Assembly: GCA_963668315.1 (NCBI GenBank)
Contig: OY764216.1
Location: 4,608,001 to 4,672,000 of the forward strand
From: Spirochaetia bacterium
Lineage (GTDB): Bacteria > Spirochaetota > Spirochaetia > DSM-2461
Length of the DNA: 64,000 nt
Direction: 5' to 3'
The notes beneath the pieces are model-generated. The model searched no databases. It saw only the letters and a list, made by a program, of their open reading frames with translations, and had not been told where the DNA came from. Positions 1-10,446 of the stretch are shown piece after piece (within the stretch, counting starts at the first letter, position 1; each line of letters starts with the position of its first letter). The position numbers and the translations under genes are program-made.

Positions 1-265
1 CCTCTGTCTGAAAGACATCATCAGCTTCCACTAGAATGCCCACCGTATCATTATTACCGAAGCGGTTTTCGAATTCTTCCGTGGCAATCTGTATCTGCTC
101 CCGGTCATCAAACCATCCTTCATTGGAACTTGCCATTTTTATCCGCCCCATACCGGCTAAGCCTAAAATCGTTATAACCGCGAGAAGGGCTAGAAACGGC
201 CATCTAAAACGTAACAGATTTTCCGCAGAACGCCGGAAAAATCGGTTTATGTTCATTAATTCCAT
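1..265 (-). CDS. MMPL/RND-family transporter, N-terminus (runs off window)
   Basis: Not in ORF track; read manually MELMNINRFFRRSAENLLRFRWPFLALLAVITILGLAGMGRIKM...EEFENRFGNNDTVGILVEADDVF, with AGGAGG RBS at 271-276. Confidence 0.7.
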   Translation of the reverse strand, partial: MELMNINRFFRRSAENLLRFRWPFLALLAVITILGLAGMGRIKMASSNEGWFDDREQIQIATEEFENRFGNNDTVGILVEADDVFQTE

Positions 266-375
266 AAAAACCTCCTGAATTGCAGACTAATATTGTTTGT
301 TTATGCTATTTCGATAGGATATTCTACATACTAATTCCCATACTACCGAAAAAGGGATTAATTGCGGAGATTCTT

Positions 376-1404
376 ATGGAAATGCGATTCCGGGAAATAG
401 GAGAATTAACGACCAGTCTCCAGACTTATATGAACAACTTCTCCCCCTACGATAGCTGCGATGCCGCCTGGCTTTTCGAAGCTCATGGTCTTGAGGGACA
501 TTTTGTCACGCGCACGCTTGCACCGGGATTTTCCGTAAGCTTTGTCGACGCCTCCCTGGACACGGTATTCCGCTTCAAAACGAAGTCCAGTCAAACCGGT
601 CTTGTTAAGATAGGAATAAACCTTGAAGGTATTATGGAATCAAAAATTAAAGGGTATCGCCATGAAATTTGCGGGTTTCCAGGTCAGAGTTATATTTCAC
701 GGGTAGACGGGGAGATGGAAATGGAGAGTCTAATTTCGCCACAGAAAAGGATAAGACTTCTGGAAATCCATTTTGGGAGGGATTTGTTCCGCAGTCTCTG
801 CGACGATTCGGAATGTTCCCTGACATCCTACCTGAAATCTGTCGCCGGAGAGAATGGAAATGCCTTTACATACTGCAGTACGGTACTTCCCCCGGCACAG
901 GAAGAAACCGCCCTGGATATAATTAATGCTCTCTCAAGGCCGGAGAAGGAAGCAGCAGAGGCGCTTTGCCGGGAATTCGCCCAAAGGACCATAATTCATG
1001 TGGGCCGGGGAATGCAATCGGCGAGTACTGTGATATCGGCGAGCGATATAGAGAAGATACGCCAGAGCCGTGCCTTATTGGAGGAGAACCTGATAACACC
1101 CCCTTCCCTCAAGGAAATGGCCGTAATAATCGGATTGAACGACTATAAATTAAAAGCCGGTTACCGTCAGGCATACGGATCGACTTACCACAGGACATTA
1201 ACAGAATTGCGCCTGGAAAAGGCCCGCAGGATCCTTCTTAAGAAAGATCGGTCCGTATCTGAAACGGCTATGGAGGTCGGTTACGGAAACCTGGGTGACT
1301 TCGGGATCGCCTTTAAAAAGCGCTTCGGTATGACTCCCCGTATGATGCTGGTTAATGCTTTGCCATCAGAAATAACCCAAGTTGTTGACACATTTACAGA
1401 TTAA
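376..1404 (+). CDS. AraC-family transcriptional regulator
   Basis: C-terminal double HTH (PPSLKEMA...VSETAMEVGYGNLGDFGIAFKKRFGMTP); ATG at 376 preceded by GGAG. Confidence 0.85.
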   Translation: MEMRFREIGELTTSLQTYMNNFSPYDSCDAAWLFEAHGLEGHFVTRTLAPGFSVSFVDASLDTVFRFKTKSSQTGLVKIGINLEGIMESKIKGYRHEICGFPGQSYISRVDGEMEMESLISPQKRIRLLEIHFGRDLFRSLCDDSECSLTSYLKSVAGENGNAFTYCSTVLPPAQEETALDIINALSRPEKEAAEALCREFAQRTIIHVGRGMQSASTVISASDIEKIRQSRALLEENLITPPSLKEMAVIIGLNDYKLKAGYRQAYGSTYHRTLTELRLEKARRILLKKDRSVSETAMEVGYGNLGDFGIAFKKRFGMTPRMMLVNALPSEITQVVDTFTD

Positions 1405-1448
1405 AAATAACATATCATAAAAGTATTACAATGTAATACCATATATAA

Positions 1449-2402
1449 GTGAGGCTCCCCGTGATTACATCATTCACTGAAGAATTTTCCCTTTATTTTA
1501 TTTCTCTTATCATCGAAGCCGCCGGATTCGTATTAATAGGAAGTATAATCGGAAGTGTGATAGAAGAGTTTCTTCCGGAAGATACTATTCCCCGACTAAT
1601 GCGGAATAAAACCTTCGGAGCGATACTCATAGCCGGTTTGATAGGATTGCTTCTTCCCATCTGCGAATGCGCCATAGTACCCATAGCCAAAAAGCTTATG
1701 CAAAAAGGGACTCCCCCCGCCGTGGCTATCACCTTTATGCTAGCCGCTCCCATCGTGAATTCCATCGTAGGGTTATCGACTTTCGTGGCTTTCTCTTCTG
1801 ACGTCCAGATGGTTCTTATCCGCCTGTTATCCGGTTACGTCCTCTCCGTCCTCATAGGAATGTTTTTCATTTACCCCCTAAGGAAAAACAGGGACAGTCT
1901 TATCCTTTCCGAAGACAATCACCGCAACGGATGCAGCTGCTGCCATGATTCTCATGACCATGGGCCGGTACCTGTAAAAGAGAGATTGGGACATATGGCT
2001 AAGCATACGTGGAAAGAATTTTCCGGAGCCGCCGGCTATCTGTTTATCGGAGCGGGCATAGCGGCATTTTTCCATAGTACAGTTCCCATGGGGCTTCTCG
2101 ACATATTCCACCGCTTTCCCGGAGGGGACAAGCTTTTCATGATGGCATCCGCTTTTATCCTGAATTTGTGCAGCGAAGCGGACGCTTTCGTCGCCCGCAG
2201 CTTCTCCGGCCAGTTTTCCCCCTCCGCCCTGATGGCGTTCATGGTGCTGGGCCCCATGCTTGATATAAAACTTCTGGCCATGTACAGAACCATATTCAAA
2301 CCGCGGATGATCCTTATTCTCGGCATTACGATTTTCCTATCCGTCTTCCTGTGGATTTCATTACTCGATGGGGTCGGCATTTTCCGGGGGATATCCCTAT
2401 GA
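1449..2402 (+). CDS. Permease, DUF318/YcgR-like (putative metal transport)
   Basis: PICEC motif, His/Cys-rich loop (CSCCHDSHDH), LCSEADAFVA and GPMLDIK motifs. Confidence 0.8.
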   Translation: MRLPVITSFTEEFSLYFISLIIEAAGFVLIGSIIGSVIEEFLPEDTIPRLMRNKTFGAILIAGLIGLLLPICECAIVPIAKKLMQKGTPPAVAITFMLAAPIVNSIVGLSTFVAFSSDVQMVLIRLLSGYVLSVLIGMFFIYPLRKNRDSLILSEDNHRNGCSCCHDSHDHGPVPVKERLGHMAKHTWKEFSGAAGYLFIGAGIAAFFHSTVPMGLLDIFHRFPGGDKLFMMASAFILNLCSEADAFVARSFSGQFSPSALMAFMVLGPMLDIKLLAMYRTIFKPRMILILGITIFLSVFLWISLLDGVGIFRGISL

Positions 2403-3136
2403 AGAAAAATTATTTTTCTCTCCATCTGCTGATGGTCAGCATCGGCGGACTCTTCTGGGGCACCCTCTGCCGGAGAGACTCCGGACATTGCCTGGCCGAA
2501 AAGTTCATCCATCCCCGATTTCTCTGGATTCCCTATCTTACCATGTTCATCTTCATGGCCATCACCTTGTATTTTTTGTATCTCGCTTTTTCCGGTAAAG
2601 AAGTAAAGATAGAGACTCCGCCCCCCTGGTTCCTCATAATCCCCCTTCTGCTTCTTCACCCGGCCATTAAAGCCCAGCCGGGTTCGGACGCGGTAAAGCG
2701 GCGGGGAGACGAAACTGTTCTGACCGAGACCGCCGGAGAGACTCCGATTCAAAATCCGACTTTCAAATCGAAATATCCCCTGGAACCCAAAGTCTATTCC
2801 GACGGATTGAATCATATTTCCCATATTGTTATGAATGACCAAACCTATCAGGGAAAGGACGTGGAAATCATCGGACAGGCGGCTTTTTCTGACCGGCTGC
2901 CCGAAGGTGCATTCTATCTCTTCCGTTTTATTATCTATTGCTGCGCCGCCGACGCAGTGCCCGCCGGGTTGATCGTGACAGGTTATAACGGGGAGGATAT
3001 CGAAGAGGACGGATGGTATAAGATAAAAGGAAAAGTCGGTTATCTGAAAGTGGAAGGGAAAGAGTACGTCTCCTTACAGGGCGAAAAAGTCATTCCTGCG
3101 GAAGCTCCGGATTTTCCCTACGAGAATTTGAATTAA
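2399..3136 (+). CDS. DUF1980/TIGR03943 (YcgQ-like) partner membrane protein
   Basis: FIHPR and RFIIYCCAADA motifs; ATGA overlap with upstream permease. Confidence 0.8.
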   Translation: MKKNYFSLHLLMVSIGGLFWGTLCRRDSGHCLAEKFIHPRFLWIPYLTMFIFMAITLYFLYLAFSGKEVKIETPPPWFLIIPLLLLHPAIKAQPGSDAVKRRGDETVLTETAGETPIQNPTFKSKYPLEPKVYSDGLNHISHIVMNDQTYQGKDVEIIGQAAFSDRLPEGAFYLFRFIIYCCAADAVPAGLIVTGYNGEDIEEDGWYKIKGKVGYLKVEGKEYVSLQGEKVIPAEAPDFPYENLN

Positions 3137-3174
3137 TACTTCGTATAACGAAGCGAATACTATAAGATAAGGTT

Positions 3175-4341
3175 ATGTTTATGAGATATGGTGCTATTTA
3201 CTTTACATTTTGTTTTCTTCTCCTGCCCAACGTTCTGTCGGGGCAATCCAAGCCCGCAGAAACGGCTCCATTTTTCGATCTTCGGGAAACGGAATACGTC
3301 GTCACGGTAGATCTGTCCGAACAGGTAGTCTCGGTCTATCTGGAGGGAAGCCTCGTAAAAAACATGATTTGCTCCTCGGGAATTCCCACGGCGGACAACG
3401 CCACGCCCAAGGGCCGTTTCATCATAGACGAAAGCGGAAAGAAACGGGGCGAATGGTTTTTCTCACGCACATTCAAAGAAGGTGCTGAATACTGGGTGGG
3501 CTTTATCGGAGGGATTTATCTTTTCCACTCGGTACCCATGAACGAAGAACGGGAGGTTATTCCCGCCCAGGCGGAACTATTGGGACAACCCGCCTCACAT
3601 GGCTGCATCAGACTTTCCGTGGAAGATGCAAAATGGTTCTACGAAACAATCCCTTCCGGTACGGTTCTCCATATTTTCGGAATAACTCCGGGAGAGGAGG
3701 GACTTCCCGAACCTCCTATTCAGAAAAAGGACGAAGCGACGCTCTGGCTGACCCATAATCATCAGAGTTATTACCAGAAGCATCTCCTTAGCTGCGAGGC
3801 TGCCTTGATCCGCCTTTTTCTGGCCATGGCCGGTATAGATGAGGAGGAAGAAAAGATTCTGAAGCAGATGCCCCAAGGCAACGATCCAGAGCAATCCTTT
3901 GTCTGCCTGAATATTGATCACGGACGCAGAGGAGAGGGAGGAGAGATTATCTGGGATAATTACGGCACCCATCCTCCCGTAGTGAAGGAGAGTATCGAAT
4001 ATTGGCTGGAACAGAATAAAAAGGACAGTCTCTACGATATCAGGGAAGAAAGGCTTTCCGATGGGGAACTTAAAGAGCTTTGTATCCATGACGACTCTTT
4101 TCTGGGAGCCATCATCTGGGTAATCGGCCATCCCACCCGGTGGGGAGAACCTGCCCGGGTAAACGAAAGGGGAATGGTTCTGGGCGAACATGTCAGATTC
4201 CTGAACCCCGAGCTGGACAGTTCCGGCGATTTTCTCGTCTGGGATCCGGAAGTCAGCACCGACCAGCCCCACCATTACACCTCTTTCCCCACCCGATCGG
4301 CTTTTGATTTCCGTGTATTGACGATACGTAAGAAGGAGTAG
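3175..4341 (+). CDS. L,D-transpeptidase (YkuD) fused to a C39-like peptidase domain
   Basis: Signal peptide; HSVP...SHGCIRL; C-terminal QKHLLSCEAA...GEHVRF...WDP. Confidence 0.75.
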   Translation: MFMRYGAIYFTFCFLLLPNVLSGQSKPAETAPFFDLRETEYVVTVDLSEQVVSVYLEGSLVKNMICSSGIPTADNATPKGRFIIDESGKKRGEWFFSRTFKEGAEYWVGFIGGIYLFHSVPMNEEREVIPAQAELLGQPASHGCIRLSVEDAKWFYETIPSGTVLHIFGITPGEEGLPEPPIQKKDEATLWLTHNHQSYYQKHLLSCEAALIRLFLAMAGIDEEEEKILKQMPQGNDPEQSFVCLNIDHGRRGEGGEIIWDNYGTHPPVVKESIEYWLEQNKKDSLYDIREERLSDGELKELCIHDDSFLGAIIWVIGHPTRWGEPARVNERGMVLGEHVRFLNPELDSSGDFLVWDPEVSTDQPHHYTSFPTRSAFDFRVLTIRKKE

Positions 4342-4372
4342 ATGACAACCGGCCGATATGCCGCCTCATGGT

Positions 4373-4723
4373 TCAACTACCGATCAAATGATTTGAAATA
4401 ACGGGGGCGATTTTCACCCCCGCGATAACGAAAAGAGCGATGACAAAGGTTTCTATTCCAGCCTTCATGCTTATCTCTTTCATTAAAAGTGCCGCGGCCA
4501 GATCAGTTATAACGCAAACTGCAAGAGCTCCCCAGATTCCCGTTTTCGATGAAACGAATATCATCAGAAACAACAGGGGCACCGATACCAGAATCCCCAA
4601 AAGCGCCACCAAGAACATCGGAGCGGCCGAATAGGACTTGATGATATGAGACATCCCTGCCATTCTCGGACACACGACAAAAAAACCGAAGGCAAAGGCC
4701 GATACAATTACTTCTCTGGTCAT
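4373..4723 (-). CDS. Small integral membrane protein
   Basis: 116 aa, about four hydrophobic segments, GAGG RBS, co-oriented after ABC operon. Confidence 0.65.
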   Translation of the reverse strand: MTREVIVSAFAFGFFVVCPRMAGMSHIIKSYSAAPMFLVALLGILVSVPLLFLMIFVSSKTGIWGALAVCVITDLAAALLMKEISMKAGIETFVIALFVIAGVKIAPVISNHLIGS

Positions 4724-4791
4724 ATTATCACCTCATTATAATGAAATACTAAATTAAACAGTTTACATAGGCTCCCGGTCGCCCAGTTGAA

Positions 4792-5583
4792 TTAGACGAC
4801 TGTGACCAGCGAGGCCCCGCTCCGTCTGATGGGAGTAACGGAGAGGACTCCCTCATGGCAATGTATATCGGCTTCGACCCCGTAGACCTGTTCCACATTT
4901 TTCGCAGTAAGAATATGCTCCGGTTTTCCGGAGGCATAAACCCGGCCGTCCTTCATCATGACGATTTTGTCGGCGTAGCGGGAAGCGAGGTTAAGGTCGT
5001 GAATAACCATGAGAACTCCGATAGACCTCTTATGAACCGAATTATGGATAATCTCCATCACCTCAAGCTGATGGGCTATATCAAGGGCCGAAGTAGGTTC
5101 GTCCAGAAGTAAAAAGCGCGGTTCCTGGGCAAGAGCCCTCGCGATAAGGACCCGCTGCTGCTGTCCTCCGGAAAGGCAGTTGAACTCGTTCATGGCAAGG
5201 TCCTCGAGTCCCATCTGCTCGAGGACATCGGCCACCACATCTATATCCTTATCGCTGCATCTCCATGAGAAATGGGGTTTGCGCCCCATCATGACCGTAT
5301 CGAATACGGACGCCGAAAACAACTGGGAACTGATCTGAGGAACATAACCGATAAGTCTGGCTATTTCTATTCTACTCAGGAAACCGGAATCGCTCCCGTC
5401 CAGATAAATCTTTCCGCGATCAGGTTGCTGCAGTCCCTCGATACACTTAACCAAAGTACTTTTACCGCTCCCGTTTGGCCCTACGACACAGACAATATCA
5501 TTGTCTTTTATCTCAAGATCTATCCCCTTGAGAACATCCTTCCCGGGATATGAGAAGTATAAATCCTTTGCTTCAACCTTCAT
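4792..5583 (-). CDS. Iron-siderophore/cobalamin ABC transporter ATPase
   Basis: GPNGSGKST, LSGGQQQR, LLLDEPTSALD, IHDLNLA. Confidence 0.92.
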   Translation of the reverse strand: MKVEAKDLYFSYPGKDVLKGIDLEIKDNDIVCVVGPNGSGKSTLVKCIEGLQQPDRGKIYLDGSDSGFLSRIEIARLIGYVPQISSQLFSASVFDTVMMGRKPHFSWRCSDKDIDVVADVLEQMGLEDLAMNEFNCLSGGQQQRVLIARALAQEPRFLLLDEPTSALDIAHQLEVMEIIHNSVHKRSIGVLMVIHDLNLASRYADKIVMMKDGRVYASGKPEHILTAKNVEQVYGVEADIHCHEGVLSVTPIRRSGASLVTVV

Positions 5584-6665
5584 GTTAGTCCTCCGTTTTT
5601 TTTCATGATAAGATAAACAAAGAGGGGTACGCCCAAAAAGGCCGTTACCGCTCCTACGGGAAGAATCACCGGCGACATAATCGTTCTGGCGATCGTATCG
5701 GCAAGAACCAGCAGGACGGCGCCTACCAGACCGGACGCCGGAACAAGAACCCGGTTATCGTTTCCTATGATCATCCTGACCAGATGGGGTGCGACAAGAC
5801 CTATAAATCCTATGGTTCCGGTAAAACTCACTATCCCGGCGACCATCACGGTACATACTACCATGGTAAAGATTCTCGTGCCCTGCACGTTTATCCCAAG
5901 GCTCCTGGCGCTGGCATCCCCTGTATTCATAATATTAAGGTCCCCCGATTTCCATATAAGAAGCGCTTCCCCCAGGAAAACAAGCGGAGCCGCTATGGCG
6001 ATCTTATTCCAATCCGCCTTACCGAGGTCGCCGACCGTCCAGAACACGGCGGCCTTCACGGCATCGGAATCCCCGAAATATTGGACAATTGTCGTCATGG
6101 CTTGAAAAAAGAACAGCAGGGCAAGTCCCGTAAGCACCATGGATTCGGGCGTTGCCCCCCTTCTTCCGGAAATAAGGAGAATGAGACCGGAAGACAAAAG
6201 GGAAAAAAGAAAGGCATTACCTATAATCAGATAAGAACCGCCCAATACGCCTACCCCCAGAATAATAGCCAGGGAGGCACCAAAACCGGCGGCCGATGAG
6301 ATCCCCAGCATATAGGGATCGGCCAGGGGATTCTTTAGGACAACCTGCATGGTGGCCCCGGCTGATCCAAGGGCCATTCCGGCCAAAACCCCCATGATAA
6401 TACGGGGAAGTCTCAATTTCCATATGATAATTTCCGAATTGACCGCCCCTCCGGCATGATTGCTCATGGGAAATAGCTTACGGAATAGAGTTCTATAAAC
6501 ATCGGGAAAGGAAATATCCGCTGACCCGAAAGCCACAGCCAAACCGATCAATATAAGAACTACCGGAATCAAGATGAAAACAAATAGCCTTTTTTTAAAG
6601 CAATGCTTTTCATAAGCCGCCTTAATTCCGAGGCTTCGATTCCTTAGAACCCCAATTTCAGACAT
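5580..6665 (-). CDS. FecCD/BtuC-family ABC permease
   Basis: LRLPR, NPLADPYMLGISSAA, GTIGFIGLVAPH. Confidence 0.92.
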   Translation of the reverse strand: MSEIGVLRNRSLGIKAAYEKHCFKKRLFVFILIPVVLILIGLAVAFGSADISFPDVYRTLFRKLFPMSNHAGGAVNSEIIIWKLRLPRIIMGVLAGMALGSAGATMQVVLKNPLADPYMLGISSAAGFGASLAIILGVGVLGGSYLIIGNAFLFSLLSSGLILLISGRRGATPESMVLTGLALLFFFQAMTTIVQYFGDSDAVKAAVFWTVGDLGKADWNKIAIAAPLVFLGEALLIWKSGDLNIMNTGDASARSLGINVQGTRIFTMVVCTVMVAGIVSFTGTIGFIGLVAPHLVRMIIGNDNRVLVPASGLVGAVLLVLADTIARTIMSPVILPVGAVTAFLGVPLFVYLIMKKNGGLT

Positions 6666-6837
6666 ACTAACTCCTTAAAACGCCAGAAAAGAATCTATAA
6701 CTTCAGCGTACAATGTTGCATGTTGCTAAAGATATTATTAATGCCTAATGCCTAGGCCAATAATAGTTTTCGTTTTAATTTAAAGAAAAAACCATTGTTA
6801 CGTATGGGACATGAACAATTCAGAAAACGTGAAGCTT

Positions 6838-7947
6838 CTATTCAGAATAAATAAACAAACCTCTTTCTGAAATGTCAAAATCAGTTTTGATAAATCGTGT
6901 TAAAAACTCTTGATGAATCGCTTCCGGGTAAAAGTTATGAAGTAAATCGGGATATAGTTGTTTAGCAACATAGCACACGCCTAAAAACCATAATTCCTGA
7001 CGCAGTCCGCCGTCGATAACGCATACATCACCGTTTTTTACAGCCTCCGTTCCTTCAAGGGCCGAACCGGTTTTTATCAGATCCATAATTTCTTTTGCAA
7101 AGTGATTATCCGGCGCATCATAACCGATGGCATCGCCACCCGATTGGGAGGCGAACACATCACGTACAATATAATCTGGATTCTCCATGATAACCCATTC
7201 CGGATCTACAACTATCCAGTCGCCCTTTTGCGACGATGCAATATTTATCCCGCCTGCCATGGTAATGATCGCATTGCCCAAGGGACTTTCCTTTCCATAG
7301 GTCCCGTACGGAGGGCCTTCGGTTAATCCGTATTCTCCTCCGTAAAATTCAAATACCCGTTTTCTTTCATCAACCGGTACGGCAGCTATTTTTTCCTTTA
7401 TGATGTCCAGCTGCCCCATATACCATTCGACAAAAGTTTCGGCCTCGTTATCTTTGCCGAGTATATGACCTATAAGACGAATATTTTCATCGTAAGTCTC
7501 GGGTTCAAGACGAAGGCGGACAATCGGAATAGCTCCGTTTACGGCCTTGTCGATATCTGTCGGAGTCCAATAACTGAGAAAGATTACATCCGGATTAATT
7601 TCCAGTATTTTCTCTATATCGGGAGCTGTATAATCTCCGACTTTAGGAATCTCCCCCAATAAAGGGAATATTTTTTCCGTGGAGTCCGTCATTTTACCGA
7701 TTCCGCCGACAAGTCCTTCTGCCCCTATCGCCTGAATAATGGGAACGGCATCGGGATCGACAACGACAATTTTCCTTATGGATCGGGGAATCAGCACTTC
7801 CCTTCCGGTATAATCGGTTATAGAGAAGCAGTCCTGCCCCTCCCCGGGTTCTGAAATATCACGATATTCCCGATTCCCCTCTGCTGGCAGTCTCATTACG
7901 GAAATAACGGTAAAAGTCAGAAAAAACAGAAACTTAAGTTTATCCAT
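6838..7947 (-). CDS. ABC substrate-binding protein (FepB/BtuF fold)
   Basis: ITDYTGREV, PDIEKILEINPD, VDPEWVIMENPD; AAGGAG RBS before ATG 7947. Confidence 0.85.
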   Translation of the reverse strand: MDKLKFLFFLTFTVISVMRLPAEGNREYRDISEPGEGQDCFSITDYTGREVLIPRSIRKIVVVDPDAVPIIQAIGAEGLVGGIGKMTDSTEKIFPLLGEIPKVGDYTAPDIEKILEINPDVIFLSYWTPTDIDKAVNGAIPIVRLRLEPETYDENIRLIGHILGKDNEAETFVEWYMGQLDIIKEKIAAVPVDERKRVFEFYGGEYGLTEGPPYGTYGKESPLGNAIITMAGGINIASSQKGDWIVVDPEWVIMENPDYIVRDVFASQSGGDAIGYDAPDNHFAKEIMDLIKTGSALEGTEAVKNGDVCVIDGGLRQELWFLGVCYVAKQLYPDLLHNFYPEAIHQEFLTRFIKTDFDISERGLFIYSE

Positions 7948-8010
7948 AGAATCACTCCTTATCAAAGACAATCGTCTTCATTACAGATAATTATTTGTTA
8001 TGGAAAATTA

Positions 8011-9192
8011 TTATTTCGCTGAATAAGTAAACAGACCTTGCGTCTTAACATCAAAATCAAGTCTTTGAAAGCGGGTAATATACTCCTGCTGCATCTCTAC
8101 GGGATCGATGTCCTCAAAAAGTTCTGGATGGAGCCATTTGGCCATATAGGCGAGACTGATAAACCAGGAATCTTCCGTAAGATCGCCATAGAGCAAATGT
8201 ACACGTTTGTTTTTAACAGCATCGCAGCCCTCAAAAGCCGGTTGTCCGCTCATAATGCTATTCATAAGTTCAGACGCGTAATGATCGTTAGTGACATCAT
8301 ATCCTAATTCGGGATGGTCATTTATGATATAGCACTCTCGGATTAATACCGGAGGATTTTGAGCAACGACCCACTCAGGATCAACGGTAATCCACTCCCC
8401 CTCCAATTCCTCGGATATGCTAATGCCGCCGGCCCTACCGATAAGTCGGTTCCTTAGAATATTCTCTTCTCCGAATGTACCATAGGGAGGAGGTGACGCC
8501 ATTCCGTATTCTCCCCCGTAGTAAATGAATACTTTTTGAAAATCTTCTTTGCATAAAGTCGAAATTCTCTCGTCAATAAGGGTCGTATAGCTTTTAATCC
8601 ACTCAACGAACTCCTCCGCTTCCTTTTCTTTTCCTAATATGGAACCCAATATCCGATAGGCTTCCGTGGAATTGTAATTCAACTGTACAATGGGGATTTC
8701 ATCCAGGACAGCCTGATTGAAAAGAGAGAGCCAGAAAGGTGAAGTCACGATAAAGTCAGGATTCAACTGGAGAATCAGCTCATTGTTGACGGATTGCTCC
8801 CCGACAGTAAAGGCAGGAAGCTTGGAAAGCTCTGGAAAAAAACGTTTATTTCTGGTAACGTAATCACATACGGCTCCCACAGAATCCTGTGCATTCAATG
8901 CCTTCAAGGCGGCATAGGACTGCCCCATTCCCGTTGAGAGCATTGAATTTATCGGTTTTGCAATAGTAACCCTATTCCCATAACTATCGATGACCGTAAT
9001 ATGATCTTCGGTATTTTCCATTATCCTTTCGGATTCATCTAAATCTTTTTTTTCCTCCTCCAAGGCTGATTCAGCTTTTCCCCAATTATCCTTTACTTCA
9101 TATCCGGCGTCCCCCTGCCCCGATGCGGACAGAACTCCCGACAAACAAAATAAGCTTAACAGGAACATAGATTGCACTCTTTCTCTTTTCAT
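8011..9192 (-). CDS. ABC substrate-binding protein (FepB/BtuF fold), paralogue
   Basis: VIDSYGNRVTI, VDPEWVVAQNP, YMAKWLHPELFEDIDP. Confidence 0.85.
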   Translation of the reverse strand: MKRERVQSMFLLSLFCLSGVLSASGQGDAGYEVKDNWGKAESALEEEKKDLDESERIMENTEDHITVIDSYGNRVTIAKPINSMLSTGMGQSYAALKALNAQDSVGAVCDYVTRNKRFFPELSKLPAFTVGEQSVNNELILQLNPDFIVTSPFWLSLFNQAVLDEIPIVQLNYNSTEAYRILGSILGKEKEAEEFVEWIKSYTTLIDERISTLCKEDFQKVFIYYGGEYGMASPPPYGTFGEENILRNRLIGRAGGISISEELEGEWITVDPEWVVAQNPPVLIRECYIINDHPELGYDVTNDHYASELMNSIMSGQPAFEGCDAVKNKRVHLLYGDLTEDSWFISLAYMAKWLHPELFEDIDPVEMQQEYITRFQRLDFDVKTQGLFTYSAK

Positions 9193-9368
9193 GATACTCC
9201 TTCATAAAATATATAGGAATGACATATTTAAATAGCTTTGCCAAACATTTGGAATAAAAATTACTATATGCTTACCATTATAAAGTGTCAATACGGATAT
9301 CACATAAACAGAAAAACCATCAGTAATCGTCCCTTGACAGAATAGAGACTTAGGGTTAACTATTAGGC

Positions 9369-10025
9369 ATGAAGAGATTCTTACTTATTTTGCCCGTCTC
9401 TTTATTCTTTCTTTTCCCTCTGGCAGCGCATCCCCATATGCAGCTCTATTCTCAATGTTCCCTGGATTTTACAGATGGGGAATTAACGGGACTATGGATA
9501 CAGTTTGAATTTGATAAGTTTTTTTCCAGCGAAATAATATGGGGTTATGATACCGATGGAAATGGAGAATTCGATGATGCCGAAACCGGCGAACTGAAAA
9601 AATCAGTATTATCCAGTTTTCAGGATTATAATTATTTCACTTTTATTCGTCTGGGCAAAGAGCGCATGTTTCCCGATAGGGCTGAGCATTTCTCGGCCAG
9701 GTATAAGGAGGAGGATGACCTTTTTTTTCGATTCAGAATTCCCCTTGATGATTTTCCCTACAGAGATTTTTACATAGCCATTTATGACGCCACCTTCTTC
9801 TGTGCCTGCAGACTTAACAGGGGCGATCCTGCTGCTTTTACAACGGAAACATTCTTTCGTACAGAAGGAACGGGTATTCCTCCGGTGGAAATATCCATTG
9901 AAGAAAATGATAACTACCCCGTCTACTATAATCCCCAGGGAGCCGTCAGCGATATGACCACTTACAATAAATGGAAGCCCGGTCTCCAAACGTTCATTCC
10001 AGAAGAAATTCATGTGCAATTTTAA
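9369..10025 (+). CDS. DUF1007-family periplasmic metal (Ni/Co)-binding protein
   Basis: Signal peptide followed by AHPH; EF-hand-like DTDGNGEFD; YDATFF. Confidence 0.75.
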   Translation: MKRFLLILPVSLFFLFPLAAHPHMQLYSQCSLDFTDGELTGLWIQFEFDKFFSSEIIWGYDTDGNGEFDDAETGELKKSVLSSFQDYNYFTFIRLGKERMFPDRAEHFSARYKEEDDLFFRFRIPLDDFPYRDFYIAIYDATFFCACRLNRGDPAAFTTETFFRTEGTGIPPVEISIEENDNYPVYYNPQGAVSDMTTYNKWKPGLQTFIPEEIHVQF

Positions 10026-10062
10026 AAAAGAACCGTCTGTTTCTCCATTCCAATTACCCCGG

Positions 10063-10446
10063 TGTATTTAAAAGAAAAGAACACTGTTTTTCGGAACTTT
10101 CCTTTGTTTTCTTTCCCTTCCCCTGATCCCCCAACCCCATATTTTTATCACTACCGGATGCACCCTTGATTATAAAGACGCAGAGTTTTCCGGATTAAGG
10201 ATGCGTTTTGACTTCGCCAGGATTCATAGTTCCAACATTATCGTTACCCATGACGGGGATAAGGACGGACACTTCGATGAGCATGAGACAGAGGAAATTT
10301 ATAGCAATGCCTTTGTCAATTTGGAATTTTCCCTCTTTTCAAGCTGACAGAGAAAAAAAATGAAATTTTCACCTTATACTACAATCCCCAGGGGAGTACC
10401 GTTGATGATACGGTCTACGAATACTGGTTGTTAGGCCTGTTGTCAT
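10063..10446 (+). pseudogene. Internally deleted, frameshifted DUF1007 paralogue
   Basis: Fragments PHIFITTGCTLDYKD...DGDKDGHFDEHET and YYNPQGSTVDDTVYEYW match the N- and C-termini of the upstream gene. Confidence 0.65.
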
